A stretch of DNA of 64,000 nucleotides, from the NCBI GenBank assembly GCA_963765765.1, contig CAVXYC010000010.1, forward strand, positions 96,001 through 160,000, written 5' to 3'. This DNA comes from an uncultured Chloroflexia bacterium. GTDB lineage: Bacteria; Chloroflexota; UBA6077; JACCZL01. A model generated the notes under the pieces. The model searched no databases and was not told the DNA's origin. It saw only the letters and a program-made list of their open reading frames with translations. This document shows positions 39,736 through 50,469 of this stretch, piece by piece. The position numbers and the translations under genes were made by a program. Position 1 is the first letter of the stretch; each line of letters opens with the position of its first letter.

Positions 39736-40728
39736 GATCCCGGGAGACTCAAGCTCGCGTTCGAGCGATAGATCGCTGTCACTGGGCAATTCCAAATTAA
39801 CCCGAAAAGTACAGGCGATTGCCCATAGCCTTGGGCTCGTACTGGACAACGCGCTCAGGCGGGGCGGGACTGATCAACCAAGTCGATGAGGTCCTGCGCA
39901 TCGGCGGCCAGCTCTCGACGCGGATGATCCCCCTGGGCCTAGCCCTGGTGCGTACGCTCCCCACTCGCGCACGTGATCGATATCGGCGACGTGACGCTAT
40001 CTGGAGCATGTCAACCTAAGAACTCGGGTTTGCTCGACGTCCTACGTTCGGGTTGTGAATTTAGGGACCACGCACTGGATATACGTCGATTGCCCAACAT
40101 GATGTAGTGGACTTGAGTTCAATTATTAGTTCATATGGGATGGAGTAGATGTGCTGCCGAAGGAGACGCTTTGAGAGTCAGACCAGGTTGAGCGATTTAT
40201 GTTGACGTCGACGTGACCACGGACTGGACTGCGGCCGAACCGATCTTACGGAGCGCCGCGGGCAGGTCGGGATCGTGACCCACGGTGTTGTACCGGCACG
40301 CCTCCGAGCGCTCCTGGTGGTGCTGGGATGCTTGGTGGCACCGATGCTGATCACGGCTGAGTCCTCGGCACCGCGTGACCTGGCCGGCGATGTCCGGGAC
40401 CCCCACCGTTCGACTTCGTGTGAATCCAGCGCACAGACCTTCATGTAGTCCCTCGTGGTGTAGTTGGCCTGCTTGGAAGTCTGGATCGAGCGGCACGAGG
40501 CCCGGTGGAGTTTTAGATAGCTCGGCGACGGGGTCCGATAACAATTTACGACGAATTCGTTCGCGTACCGTTCGACCCAACGGCGATAGCCGTCTCGTCA
40601 TCCCGGAAATGCCACTACCACATCCCTACCCTCCATGCTCGACTTGTTGTTCCCATGCCCGTGTGTCCGACGGGTCCTTCCCGCTCCGGCTCCAAGGTGT
40701 TGGAAGACCGCAGTCCCCGTTTGCTACC

Positions 40729-41350
40729 TCACACGGTCACCGTTTGTACCCAATGCCAGCGCGGTCCCGTTGAACCGGTGCGGATCGGGCGGCAGAACAT
40801 CAAACCGGCGATTCGGGATGTCCGGGCAGTCCAGATCGGGCGGGGCGGCGCGGGGTGCACACCGTCGGATAGGCCGCGTTGCAGATCTGCGCCTCGCGCA
40901 CGGGCGGGACGGACGCGCGGCGCCGGTGGCACGGACATGGCTCCGCTCAACGGAGCGGTAGACGGTGCAGGCGCCATGCACGCGATCCCCAAGCCGAGCC
41001 CCTGATCGCGCGCTGACTGCACGGCCGCGGCGAACCGATCCGCATACCGCGAGTTCAGCTGAATGGTGAGCTGGATCGCGTAGGTTTCGGCGGCCAGATG
41101 CTCGTACAGCACCCAGGTGCTCTCGTCCGTATCCTGGAGCCACAGGTACCCAAGCAGTCGGCCGAATCGATCGCGCACGTCCAAGTCCATTTCAAGCTGC
41201 GCTGACTTAACCAGTGCCAGCTCGGATGTTCGGGCTGACGATTCAGGACCGAACCATTGGACCGGCTGTTACCAGGGGCGAAACGGAAATGCCGAAGCCG
41301 AGGAGCTGGGCCATCGCAGCGCCACTCCGTCTTTCCATCGGGCGTCACGC
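40729..41350 (-). pseudogene. Thermonuclease-family gene remnant with an Excalibur-like tail
   Basis: 'LDVRDRFGRLLGYLW', 'YA.QLTI..N.RYADRF..A...AR.QG.GL', then 'PPPPDLDC.DI..RRF.VLPPDPHRF' in other frames. Confidence 0.7.
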
Positions 41351-41464
41351 GGCGGCCAGCCTGACTCTACTGCGCGGCCGGAGCCGCGCCATCCTCCGCA
41401 CGGTGGGCAGCGCAGTAGCATCGTCGCTGCTCCAATCTGGCCCGCTCGTCCGTTGCGACGGGTC

Positions 41465-41580
41465 TTGTCAGCGAGCATTCCCAGCGCTATGCTGACTCAA
41501 CCAGACCGTGCTCGTGGCCAGAGCACGGTCGGGGGAGGGCAAAGGCCGGGGGAATGGGGACCCCTCTCCGGCCTTTCGTG
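41465..41580 (+). ncRNA. Candidate sRNA gene copy 1 (promoter plus two hairpins)
   Basis: TTGTCA-N17-TATGCT, hairpin GACCGTGCTC/GAGCACGGTC, hairpin AAAGGCCGGGG/CTCCGGCCTTT; paralog at 44130. Confidence 0.55.
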
Positions 41581-41984
41581 TCCCGAGCGCGCGATCCACG
41601 CCTGCGTGCCCCGCTCCGGCGGTTTGCTCTCCGTGAGCCATGGGGCCGCTGCGGGCTCGCGCTCGGCATCTGGACGCCGGCTGATTGCGCCCTCGCTGAG
41701 GTGGCGCTTGGACGCCCCACGATGGCGGCAAGTCTGAATGGTCTAGCAGCAACGCCCCTGTTTTACGTGGAAGCGGAAACCGTGGGTTCTACTTCAGCAC
41801 GCCCGTGAGGGCGGCTACGAGGAACGGGATCAGGAGTCAGTCGGCACGACCCTGGCGGCCGACCGGGATGCCGGAGCCCAGGTTGGCCGAGACCTCGGAC
41901 GATTGGGCGCGGGGTGGCACATGACCACCCGTCGGCGTTCGCGCGGTCTCGAGTTGAACCGGTGTCAAGACCGGCGCGGCCGCC

Positions 41985-42470
41985 TCACGGCTCCGGCGGC
42001 GGCCCGGCGGGCTCCACGTGAAACTTCGCCGCCAGCCGCAGCATCTTGGGCATGTCCGGCTCCGCCGGCGGGGGAAGCGTCCGCCCCCGCGCCGGCTCGC
42101 CTACCTCCGCCGCGAAGCGCTCGAACTGGGCGGGCGATGTGATCTGCAGGAGCCGGGCCGGCGCCGCTTCCGAGACTGCGAAAGTGTGCGGGATGTCGCG
42201 CGGGAGCAGGACAAACGTGCCCGGCGCGGCGGACCACGTCCGGTCGCCGCAGGTGACGGTCAACTCGCCCTCCAGCACGTAGAACGCCTCGTCCTCGACC
42301 CGGTGGATGTGCGGGGGTGGCGCGAAGCCGGCTGGCGCGAGCTGCTCGAGGAGCGTGAACGCGCCGCGGGTCTGGTCGCCCCCGGCCTTGATTGTCATGA
42401 GGGTGCCGAGGAACCAGATCCCCTCGCCCTCCCCTGGTCCGAGCCGGTAGCCGCCCGTGTCGAAGCTCAT
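41985..42470 (-). CDS. Cupin domain protein (quercetin dioxygenase-like)
   Basis: 'PPPHIHRVEDEAFYVLEG', 'PRDIPHTF'. Confidence 0.88.
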   Translation of the reverse strand: MSFDTGGYRLGPGEGEGIWFLGTLMTIKAGGDQTRGAFTLLEQLAPAGFAPPPHIHRVEDEAFYVLEGELTVTCGDRTWSAAPGTFVLLPRDIPHTFAVSEAAPARLLQITSPAQFERFAAEVGEPARGRTLPPPAEPDMPKMLRLAAKFHVEPAGPPPEP

Positions 42471-42861
42471 CGCCGCCTTCTTCCCGCGCGGCCACGCCGC
42501 TCGTAGTAGATTCCTCGGGTACCAGACTACCAGGATGTTTCACGTCCTGGTAGAGCGATAATCCGGGAGGCTGACCGCGTCTCGCCTCAGTTTGGACGTC
42601 CTGTCCGGTTCCCGAAACCGCCACCCTGGAAATCGTTCGTTCCGATAACGCCCGAGCCTGTTGAAAATTTCGCCCGCGGCATAGTCCACCAATCGAATGA
42701 GGCCGAAATAGAGCCCCTGGGAGTCAGTTTCGGGCCCTCGCCGCCCCGGCTTGCAGAGCTATTCCGGTTCATCGTTACCAGACAGAACGGACCAGGTCAG
42801 ACGGCTCTGCGGCGGATCCGTCTGCTGCCTGGCAGGAGGACTACTCGCTCGCATCTCCATG

Positions 42862-42894
42862 GGTCTTGACACGCCGCCGGTGCGGTGTCAGGAT
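42862..42894 (+). promoter_or_regulatory. Sigma70-type promoter with overlapping palindrome
   Basis: TTGACA-N17-CAGGAT; TGACAC...GTGTCA inverted repeat spans the spacer. Confidence 0.45.
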
Positions 42895-42936
42895 AGCAGG
42901 CACGCTCGTGCGGTCAGTCCCCGAGGAGGCGCTACC

Positions 42937-43938
42937 ATGCTGCGCCGCCGCTTCCGATTCCTGCTGATGACGCTCCTGCTGGCCGCATCCGCGGTCGCGC
43001 TACCGCCGGTGGAGACAGCCACGGCGGAAACGCTCACCCTCACCGGCGAGCAGCTCGCTGCCGGTGACCAGTTCCCCGGCTCCACTCTCACTTTCACCTG
43101 CTCCGCGTCGGACCCGAACACGGTGACGTTTAGAGCTTCGGGGTTCGCGACCGGCCCCTATCCCGGCACCTTCACGGAGCAGGGCTCTTTGACCCGCGAC
43201 CCCGCGACCGGCCAATTTACCTTCAACGCGACCTTCGAGATTCGCTCGTTCGGCGGGACCGTCACCGGTACCAAGACCGCTGCGAATTTCGGGATTGGCA
43301 CCATTGGGTGCCCCGGGCCGCCCATGGTCTATACGGCGGGCGGTCCCGTTGTTGTCAGTTACACCGCCCGGATCGAGACCGCCGACGGCGCCTTCACCGA
43401 CCAGGGCAGCTCGGGCGTGGGTCTATGCTGGCAATGCGGATTCGCCGATGCCCTCCTGGGCGAAACCTTCATCTCGGAGCAAGCCTGCGCCGTCGAGGCA
43501 CTCGCGGCGAGCACCGCGTCGGCCGATTCTGACCGGCGGGGTCGGTTGGACCCGGCGCCCTTCCGCCGCCTGCGTGATCAGGTCCTGGCCCGTTCACCCG
43601 GCGGGCAGCGCTACGTCCGCCTGTACGAGACCCACAGCCCGGAGATCGTCCGCCTGCTGCTCGCGGATCCGAATCTGCGGACCGAGCTGGTGGACGGGCT
43701 GCGGCTGTGGCAGGCCGATCTGACGGCGCTGGCCGACGGGCGCGGCGGCAGTGCGACCATCGATGCCGAGCAGGTGCGGGCGGCCGAGACGGTGCTGGAC
43801 CGATTGGCGGCGAAGGGTAGTCCGGCGCTGCGACGAGCAATCGAGCAGGAGCGCCGGGCACACCCGCCGGCGGGCTTCGTCGGGATGCCGCTGGATCGGG
43901 CACTGGATGAGCTCACCCGCGGCCAAGCGGGGCGCTAA
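42937..43938 (+). CDS. Secreted protein with CFI-box-CTERM-like C-terminal domain
   Basis: GAGGAGG RBS, signal peptide, Thr/Gly-rich beta domain, 'C...FRRLRDQVLARSPGGQRYVRLYETHSPE...LR'. Confidence 0.7.
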   Translation: MLRRRFRFLLMTLLLAASAVALPPVETATAETLTLTGEQLAAGDQFPGSTLTFTCSASDPNTVTFRASGFATGPYPGTFTEQGSLTRDPATGQFTFNATFEIRSFGGTVTGTKTAANFGIGTIGCPGPPMVYTAGGPVVVSYTARIETADGAFTDQGSSGVGLCWQCGFADALLGETFISEQACAVEALAASTASADSDRRGRLDPAPFRRLRDQVLARSPGGQRYVRLYETHSPEIVRLLLADPNLRTELVDGLRLWQADLTALADGRGGSATIDAEQVRAAETVLDRLAAKGSPALRRAIEQERRAHPPAGFVGMPLDRALDELTRGQAGR

Positions 43939-44129
43939 GCCCGAATAAATATCCCCGGCCGCTCGTATGTCACCGTATGCTGTGAGCACCGTCGGTGAGC
44001 GGGCCCCTCCCCTCCCGACGGCGTGCCGGGCCGCCGGGGTGGGCACGTCTCCCAACGTCACCCCGGCGGCCCATCGGCCGGTCCCAGTCTACTGCGCCGC
44101 CGGGGCCAGCGTCACTTTCCCGGTGGGTC

Positions 44130-44242
44130 TTGCCCGCATACACGCCTCGCGCTATGATGACATCAATCCGACCGTGCTCGTGGCCACGGGCACGGTCAGG
44201 GAAAAGGCCGGAGGAATGGGCACCCCTCTCCGGCCTTTCGTG
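44130..44242 (+). ncRNA. Candidate sRNA gene copy 2
   Basis: TTGCCC-N17-TATGAT, hairpin GACCGTGCTCGTG/CACGGGCACGGTC, hairpin AAAGGCCGGAG/CTCCGGCCTTT. Confidence 0.55.
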
Positions 44243-44290
44243 CACCTGGTGATCGACGCCGCCGCCCGTACTTGGAAGCGCCGCCCTCAC

Positions 44291-44815
44291 TCAGCGGAAC
44301 AGCTGCTGGACGATCAGTGTCCCGACTGCGGTGAGCGTCCGTCCGCCCGCCCCGACGAGGACGACCGTGGCCGGGTGCCGACCCAGTTCGTCCGCCTCCC
44401 CACTGGCGGGCTGGATGGTCGCGGTGAACGACTCCCCGGACCGCGTCGCCCGGAAGTCGATGACCGCCCGGTGAGGCCGGCGATGCCGTCGTGAGTCGGC
44501 GCAGCTCGTCTCGGGGTGTTCTTCTGCCACCAGGATCGTGTTCGAGGCGCCATCCTGGACACGCGCCGCACCCTCGACCCGCGCCTGGCCGTCCGCGCCG
44601 ATGGTGACCTGCGCGTGCAGGTCGAAGTTGTCGGCGGGTCCCACGGAGGGGGAATCGCCAAACCAAACGACAAGCCACTGAGCCTCGGGACGCGGTCCGC
44701 GCCCACCATCCGGCGGGTGTCAGGTCCCGTCGTGCTCGGCCGCGGCGCTGGCCGGCAGGAGCGCGAGCATCCCGACCAGGAACACCAGGGCACATGCAGC
44801 CCCGTCCGGGGCCAC
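44291..44815 (-). CDS. Secreted hypothetical protein, frameshifted
   Basis: GGAGG then hydrophobic leader 'HVPLVFLVGMLALL..'; core 'DFDLHAQV...VQDGASNTILVAE...TLIVQQLFR' spread over frames. Confidence 0.5.
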
Positions 44816-45132
44816 GCCCGGTCCTCCCGCCAGTCTAGCGCCGAGTGGGGTGCCCGGCAAGCCCGGTCCGAGTCAGCGCCTCCCGACCGATCAAGCCTCC
44901 GTTGATCGCTCGGGAGGCGCTGACGAGCCTTCAGAAGATGCTCACCGAGGAGTTATCTCCGATTGAGGAGATGTGGGAGCGGCGGAACTGATGGATCGAG
45001 ACGCCGGGTCCCAACTCAGCACGCTTACGGGTGACGAGACTGGGGCGCTGCTGCGTCCCAAGGACACCAGCACGGACAGACCAGGAATACAATGGCTCTG
45101 ATCATCACCAGGAAACGCGAAAGGAGCTCCTA

Positions 45133-45375
45133 ATGGCCCAAGCATGGCCACCGAAAATCGGCGATGCAGTACGCGTGAAACGATTTCGGAATGAATACCG
45201 TGGTGGAACATCACAGGCGGGCGGGCCGATCGTGAGCATTGAAGGCACGGGAGATTCCGCAGTCTATGCAGTGAACTGCCGCACATTCCGCTACATCGAT
45301 ATGGACGGCCAGATAAAGAACACGGCACTCGAGCCGCTGCGATGTTCGCTAGCTGATATCGAGCCGATTGACTAG
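45133..45375 (+). CDS. Small hypothetical protein (KOW/SH3-like)
   Basis: AAGGAG RBS; 'PKIGDAVRVK'. Confidence 0.55.
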   Translation: MAQAWPPKIGDAVRVKRFRNEYRGGTSQAGGPIVSIEGTGDSAVYAVNCRTFRYIDMDGQIKNTALEPLRCSLADIEPID

Positions 45376-45469
45376 CACGTTCAGGATCAAGAAGGCGCGC
45401 GAGACGCTCGCGCGCCTTTACACTTCGGCACCAACAACCTGAGGCCCCGCGCCTCCAGCCTCCGTCCGG

Positions 45470-45640
45470 GGCCGCGGCGACGCCGGACACGAGGGAGTCT
45501 GGGCGGAACCGCGAGTACGTGGCGTCGAATTGTTCGATCCGCTCGAGAATGTGCTGCTGCATCTGGCGGCCCAACGGCTCGTGGGTCTCGATCTCCCATT
45601 GGGTTCCCATGGCCTCGAACGTGAACACGCGCGTGCTCAT
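45470..45640 (-). pseudogene. ApbE (FAD:protein FMN transferase) N-terminal fragment, copy 1
   Basis: 'FTFEAMGTQWEI...FDATYSRFRPDSLVS'; no downstream ApbE sequence. Confidence 0.7.
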
Positions 45641-45680
45641 GCTGGCGTCTACCGCGCGGGAGCCTCCGGCGATCGCCACT

Positions 45681-47053
45681 TCAGCTGGCCCCATAGGTGA
45701 TCCGATAGACCGCGCCGCCATCGTCGTCGGAGACGAGCAGGGCGCCGTCGGGCGCGACCAGCACGTCGACCGGCCGGCCCCAGACGCTGCCACGGTTCCC
45801 CTCGTGTGCCATCCAGCCGGTCGCGAAGTCCTCGGCCGGCCCCGCGTTGCCGCCATCGAAGGGGATCCGGATGACCTTGTAACCAACCGGCACCGAGCGG
45901 TTCCACGAGCCGTGCAGCGCCACGAAGAGGTTGCCGCGGACTCCATTGGGGAAGCTGGTGCCGTCGTAGAAGCGGAGTCCGAGCGGCGCGCTGTGCGCCT
46001 GGAAGGTCACCGCCGGTGGGTCGACTGTTGCACAGGCGTCCGGTCTGCCCAACTGGGGGTCGGGCTGCAGACCGCCAGGGACCGGATTGCATCTCGGCCA
46101 GCCGGCGTCGCCGCCGTCCCGCACCCGGTAGACCGTCTCAAAAGGCACGTCGTCACCGAGCTGGTCGCGGCCGTTGTTGGTCGCCCACAGCTCGTCTGTA
46201 CCGGGCCGCCAGACGAAGCCCACCGCGTTCCGCAGGCCGCGCATGAAGATACGGCCGTCGGAGCCGTTGGCGTTGTAGACCGAGATCGCCGCGCGTCGCG
46301 CGTCGCTCTCCTCGCAGACATTGCAGCTCGAGCCGACCGCGACGAAGAGCCTGCCGTCCGGGCCCAAACCAATGGTGCGGGTGCGGTGGCCGCCTCCGCT
46401 CGGGAGCTCGGGGACGACTGGCTCCGGACTGCCCTGGCGCGCGCCGTCCGGGCCGATCCTGAAGCGGACGACGCGGTTCGTCTCGCCGACGTAGAGGTAG
46501 TCCTCGTGGAAGGCGAGGCCGTGGGGTTGGCGCAGCCCGTCGGCCCAGACCTGAATCTCGTCGGCCACGCCGTCACTGTTGCGGTCGGGTAAAGCATAGA
46601 TCTGGCCGTCGGTCATGCCAGTCGCGAAGACCGTACTGCCCGGGCCGATCGCCATGAAGCGCGGGCCGCTGAGGCCAGCGGCGAACACGTTCGCTTTGAA
46701 GTCCGCCGGTAGCGTCAGCGTGCGGGGCTCGGCCAGCCGCCCGCTCCGGAACTGAGGCGCGACGTCGAGCGGCACCGGCCCCTGCGCACCGAGCGGGGCC
46801 GGCTCGGACGGCGCGCTCGGTGCCAACCCGATGCTCGGTTTCGCGTCAGCAGCCGGCCCAGTCGGCTGCACCTGGTCAGCCACGACTGGCGTTGCGGGGA
46901 TGGCGGTAGGAGCTACCGTACGGTGGCCGCGACGGTCGAGACGGCCACGGTGGGCGGCGCGGCAACCTGACTGCCAGGCGACGCGCAAGCAACGGCTCCC
47001 GCCACCCCAGCGAAGAGGCCAATGGTTACGATCCGCATGGTCAAGGTGTTCAT
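45681..47053 (-). CDS. PQQ-dependent sugar / L-sorbosone dehydrogenase family protein; frameshift in the leader near 46920
   Basis: AGGAGG RBS; 'GPRFM', 'PHGLAF', 'GHRTR', 'VGSSCNVC.E', 'GLRNAVG', 'AHSAPLG', 'HGSWNR', 'GRPVD...SDD'. Confidence 0.9.
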
Positions 47054-47204
47054 AATTTCCTCCTGATGAAGGGGAGTGATATCCGCCCACCAACGGTGTA
47101 TCCTCGAATGACAATTCGAGATTAGCCTCGACGGACATCATTGCGCCCGGCCGCGAGGGCAGCCGGGGACCCGAGGTTGGTCAAGCCGGGCTGCACCCCG
47201 AAAA

Positions 47205-47365
47205 TTCCTCAATCCGGGACACCAGCGAATCCGTCCGGAACCGCGAGTACGTGGCGTCGAAGACTGCGATTCGTTCGAGGATGGGCTGTTCCAAGCGACT
47301 GCCCACCGGCTCGTGGCTTTCGATTTCCCAGTGGGTGCCGATAGCCTGAAACTTGAACGTGACAT
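47205..47365 (-). pseudogene. ApbE N-terminal fragment, copy 2
   Basis: 'FKFQAIGTHWEI...FDATYSRFRTDSLVS'; shares CGGAACCGCGAGTACGTGGCGTCGAA exactly with copy 1. Confidence 0.7.
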
Positions 47366-47651
47366 GGGGACGTTGTCTTCTGCTGCGCGGGCCGGCGTGG
47401 GTTAGATGCGCTGTGGCAGACGGCGCTGTTTGGCATACGCGATGACAGGCTTCCGAAGGTGTTACAGGAACCAAGACAGCCACCTTAGCGCAGACTCCTG
47501 CATTTGAGTTTCTTGAATAGCCGCGATACGGATGCTGGAAGCTTGGGGCGCGGTCTAGTCGCCACATTCGGTCAGGGTCGCCACACCGCGCGGAGCCCGG
47601 CCGCCCTGGATGGATCGATGGCGAGAGCGGTTCATCGGAACGCGAGCCGTA

Positions 47652-48523
47652 TCACGACAGTCTAGGCTCCAGACCTTTTGCTTGCAGTACGGGCACGACC
47701 GTCTCGCTCGTAAGAAATTGGATCAATGCTCTAGCCGCATCCGGTTCTTTTGCGCTCGTCCCGACGCCAGCCACAACGGTCACATGGTGCTGGATCTCCG
47801 GTGGGAGGGGGCCAACCAGCTCTACGCCACCGACGGGCAGTATGTCGCTGATGACGGAGAGGCCGAGCTCGACATCACCCGCAGCAACAGCACGCGGGTT
47901 TTGCCCGCCACCGCCCCATCAGCTTTGTCTTAGCCCGCATCTCCTCAGCGATTCCGAGCCGCTCCATGAGGCTCGCGAGATAGATTCCGCCTCGACTGTC
48001 CTTCGTATAGCTGATTGACGTGGCCTGAAGGAGCGCATTTCTAAATGCCTCAACTGAGCTAATGTCCGGTTGCGGAGCGCCGGCACGCGCGGCAACGCCG
48101 ATGCTCATGCGGGCTACGTTCATGCGCGTTGATGGGTCGATTTTGTGCAAGGTACTGAGATGGTCGATTTCTTCAGATGCGAAGAGGGCAACGTCGAAAT
48201 CACCACGATCAATTAGTTCCTTCAACTGGGTGGGCAGCCCGAAGATCTGGACGAGCGTATGGATCGCTGTCCGTTCGAACTCGGGTCCGAGCGCCTCCAT
48301 CGCTGCACGCATACCGGGAATGCACAACACCCTAACTTCAGCGATCTTCACGGTGAACTCCTTGAGTCGAACCGACCATAGAGGGCTGCACCAACTGTCC
48401 CATTGTCTCAACGGCTCTAATGGAACGGATCTCGCGCGGATCAACGGTCTGACTAGCGATGGCGTTGACGGGCCAAAGCAGCGCGCAGGCGATGAACAGG
48501 ATGGCCGCAGTTGCCCGGTGCAT
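47652..48523 (-). CDS. ModA-like (SBP_bac_11) substrate-binding protein, frameshifted
   Basis: Signal peptide, 'IGVAARAGAPQPDISSVEAF..ALL.A.SI.Y', then 'GDVELG...SDILPV.GVELVGPLPPEIQ' in another frame. Confidence 0.75.
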
Positions 48524-48977
48524 GACAGGCCACACACCAAGTAAGAGGTTGACGCGTCTACAAAACGTAACAGCCCCTCGAACTACGGGCCCCGCCCGGC
48601 GCGATCGGTTTGGGGTAGTCTACGATGCGAGCAGTGCCGGGGTAGAGAACGGTTGACCGCACAATGCCCGCGCCCCCAGTAAACTGCGCCGGCCATCGCG
48701 GTCAGTTCCTCCGTTCCGAGGCTGCCTCTAGCTCCTCCAGGTGCCCCAACAGCATCGTGTGCAGTTCCTTAGCGAGCTCGCGCGAGATGTTCGGTGGCTC
48801 GATCGGTTCGCGTTGTGTCCCAGGCGGCAACGCGGCTGCAGCGTCGCACTCGGCCCAGCGGTCGAGCACTTCCGCGGTCATCTTAGGTCGGGCCAGCTAC
48901 AGAAGCGTATCGCGTGTCACTTCGTGGCCGAGCGGTGTATCCTGTGGAAGCGGATTACGTGGTACGAGGATCTATTG

Positions 48978-49523
48978 ATGAAGCATGTTATGGCGATACT
49001 AGCGGGATTTCTCGGCCTGCTGGTCGTCGTGACGCCGGTTTCGGCACACCACAGGGGCGATCACGAGGGTGGTCCGCCGAACGAATCGGCGTCGCAGGCG
49101 CAATCTAACAAGCAGAACAAGGACGATAAGCAGAATAAGAACGACACTGAGGATCAAGACGAGAAGAAACAGGGCGAGGACGGGGAGAACTCGGGCTTGC
49201 ACCTCGGTCAACTTGTGCGCAATCTCGATGATTCGCCCAACGCGCTGGCGTCGGAGTTTCGTAACTGCGCCGAGGAGGACAACCTGCGCGACATGAATCG
49301 GGGCGAGATCAAGCGCCTGGCCCGCGCCGCCGGTCTCGGCCCGCAGAACCTCGAGAATCGGCTTGACTCGGACGATCTGGACGATCTAGAGGAGTCCCTG
49401 GATAACCGTCTCGAGGCAAACGACATCAGGGGTCTCAGCGTTGGCAAGCTTTTGCAGGCCGCGCACGCCTGCGGGATAACAACCAGCGAGCTGGCCGACG
49501 AGCTGCGTGAGGATCAAGAGTAG
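48978..49523 (+). CDS. Secreted acidic hypothetical protein
   Basis: GAGG RBS, signal peptide, QNKDD-rich linker. Confidence 0.65.
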   Translation: MKHVMAILAGFLGLLVVVTPVSAHHRGDHEGGPPNESASQAQSNKQNKDDKQNKNDTEDQDEKKQGEDGENSGLHLGQLVRNLDDSPNALASEFRNCAEEDNLRDMNRGEIKRLARAAGLGPQNLENRLDSDDLDDLEESLDNRLEANDIRGLSVGKLLQAAHACGITTSELADELREDQE

Positions 49524-49548
49524 CTCAGGACCCGAAAGGGCGGCAGGA

Positions 49549-49583
49549 GAAAGAGCCTCGGGTCGATGCCCCGAGGCTCTTTC
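49549..49583. terminator. Bidirectional terminator-like hairpin
   Basis: GAAAGAGCCTCGGG-N7-CCCGAGGCTCTTTC. Confidence 0.7.
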
Positions 49584-50082
49584 ATTGAGTGAGATACGTC
49601 GTTCGCGTATAGGCGCCCGAGTCTTTGCTCTTTCGGAAGAGATCTCGTTGGCACCTCCGTTCACGATCGAGTCGGCGCATATCAACGCCGCCGGCTGGGA
49701 AGTGACCGGAAGTCAGTACTCGCCGCGGATCGCATTCGCCCTCCGCCGACCTCGCCGGAGGGGTTGGGTGGAACGCCTGCACGGGCTCACAACAGCACCA
49801 GCCTGAATGCTCATGATGAACTCGATGGAGTGGGCATTCCTGGTGGTGCTGCTCCGGCTGGTCGAGCGCTTCGTGCTGGGCGACTGACACCGTCTTCACC
49901 CGTTGCGGGTACTCGCAGGCATGGCATGGGCTTTGCCGGTGGAGGTAGTGGTGTAGAGACCGTCAGGAACCTGGCGCGCCTCCAACGAGCAGGACACCTG
50001 AGGACTGCTGCGCCGCCCTCTCTGCGAGTGCCCCTGGCCGATCTGGGTTGGGGGCTTCTTCCTGCTCGGCTCAGCGTCGAGG

Positions 50083-50469
50083 CTAGTTGCAGCTCGCCAC
50101 CTGAACCGACTGATCAACGATCCGGACATCCCGACCGGTGCTTCGCTCGCGGAACGTCACCCAGCCCGGGCCGCCGCTGTGGAACATGCCCCGGAGTGTC
50201 GCCCCGCTCTCCGTCGTGTCGCTGAACTTCCCTCCCGTACTCGTCAGCAGCAGCTCATCAGCGGCCGCCCCCGAGATGTCGAACGGCGAGACCAGCCGCC
50301 ACGCACCGATCTCGAGATCGATGTAGAAGGTGCCGGTCGTGGCCTCGAAGTAGGCGCAGGCGGCCTCGGCCGATCCCGCCGTCATCGGCAGAAATGTCGC
50401 GGCCGCTACGACGGCGAGGACACTGACAAGCTTCCGCACATCCCTGGGCGCATCGCGGTTGAGAATCAT
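50083..50469 (-). CDS. Secreted hypothetical protein
   Basis: GAGGAG RBS, signal peptide ending AEAA, Cys near both ends of the mature part. Confidence 0.6.
   Translation of the reverse strand: MILNRDAPRDVRKLVSVLAVVAAATFLPMTAGSAEAACAYFEATTGTFYIDLEIGAWRLVSPFDISGAAADELLLTSTGGKFSDTTESGATLRGMFHSGGPGWVTFRERSTGRDVRIVDQSVQVASCN

Noticed and set aside
39797-40620. ORF fragments at 39.8-40.6 kb
   Set aside because: Only scattered protein-like pieces (e.g. 'RDYMKVCALD'); no family could be supported
41461-44245. Integron attC sites
   Set aside because: The repeats lack RYYYAAC/GTTRRRY ends, carry their own promoter, and the nearby integrase remnant is Cre-like rather than IntI-like
49807-49887. 26-aa hydrophobic ORF (MLMMNSMEWAFLVVLLRLVERFVLGD) as a type I toxin
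   Set aside because: No SD and no evident antisense RNA; nothing supports it beyond composition
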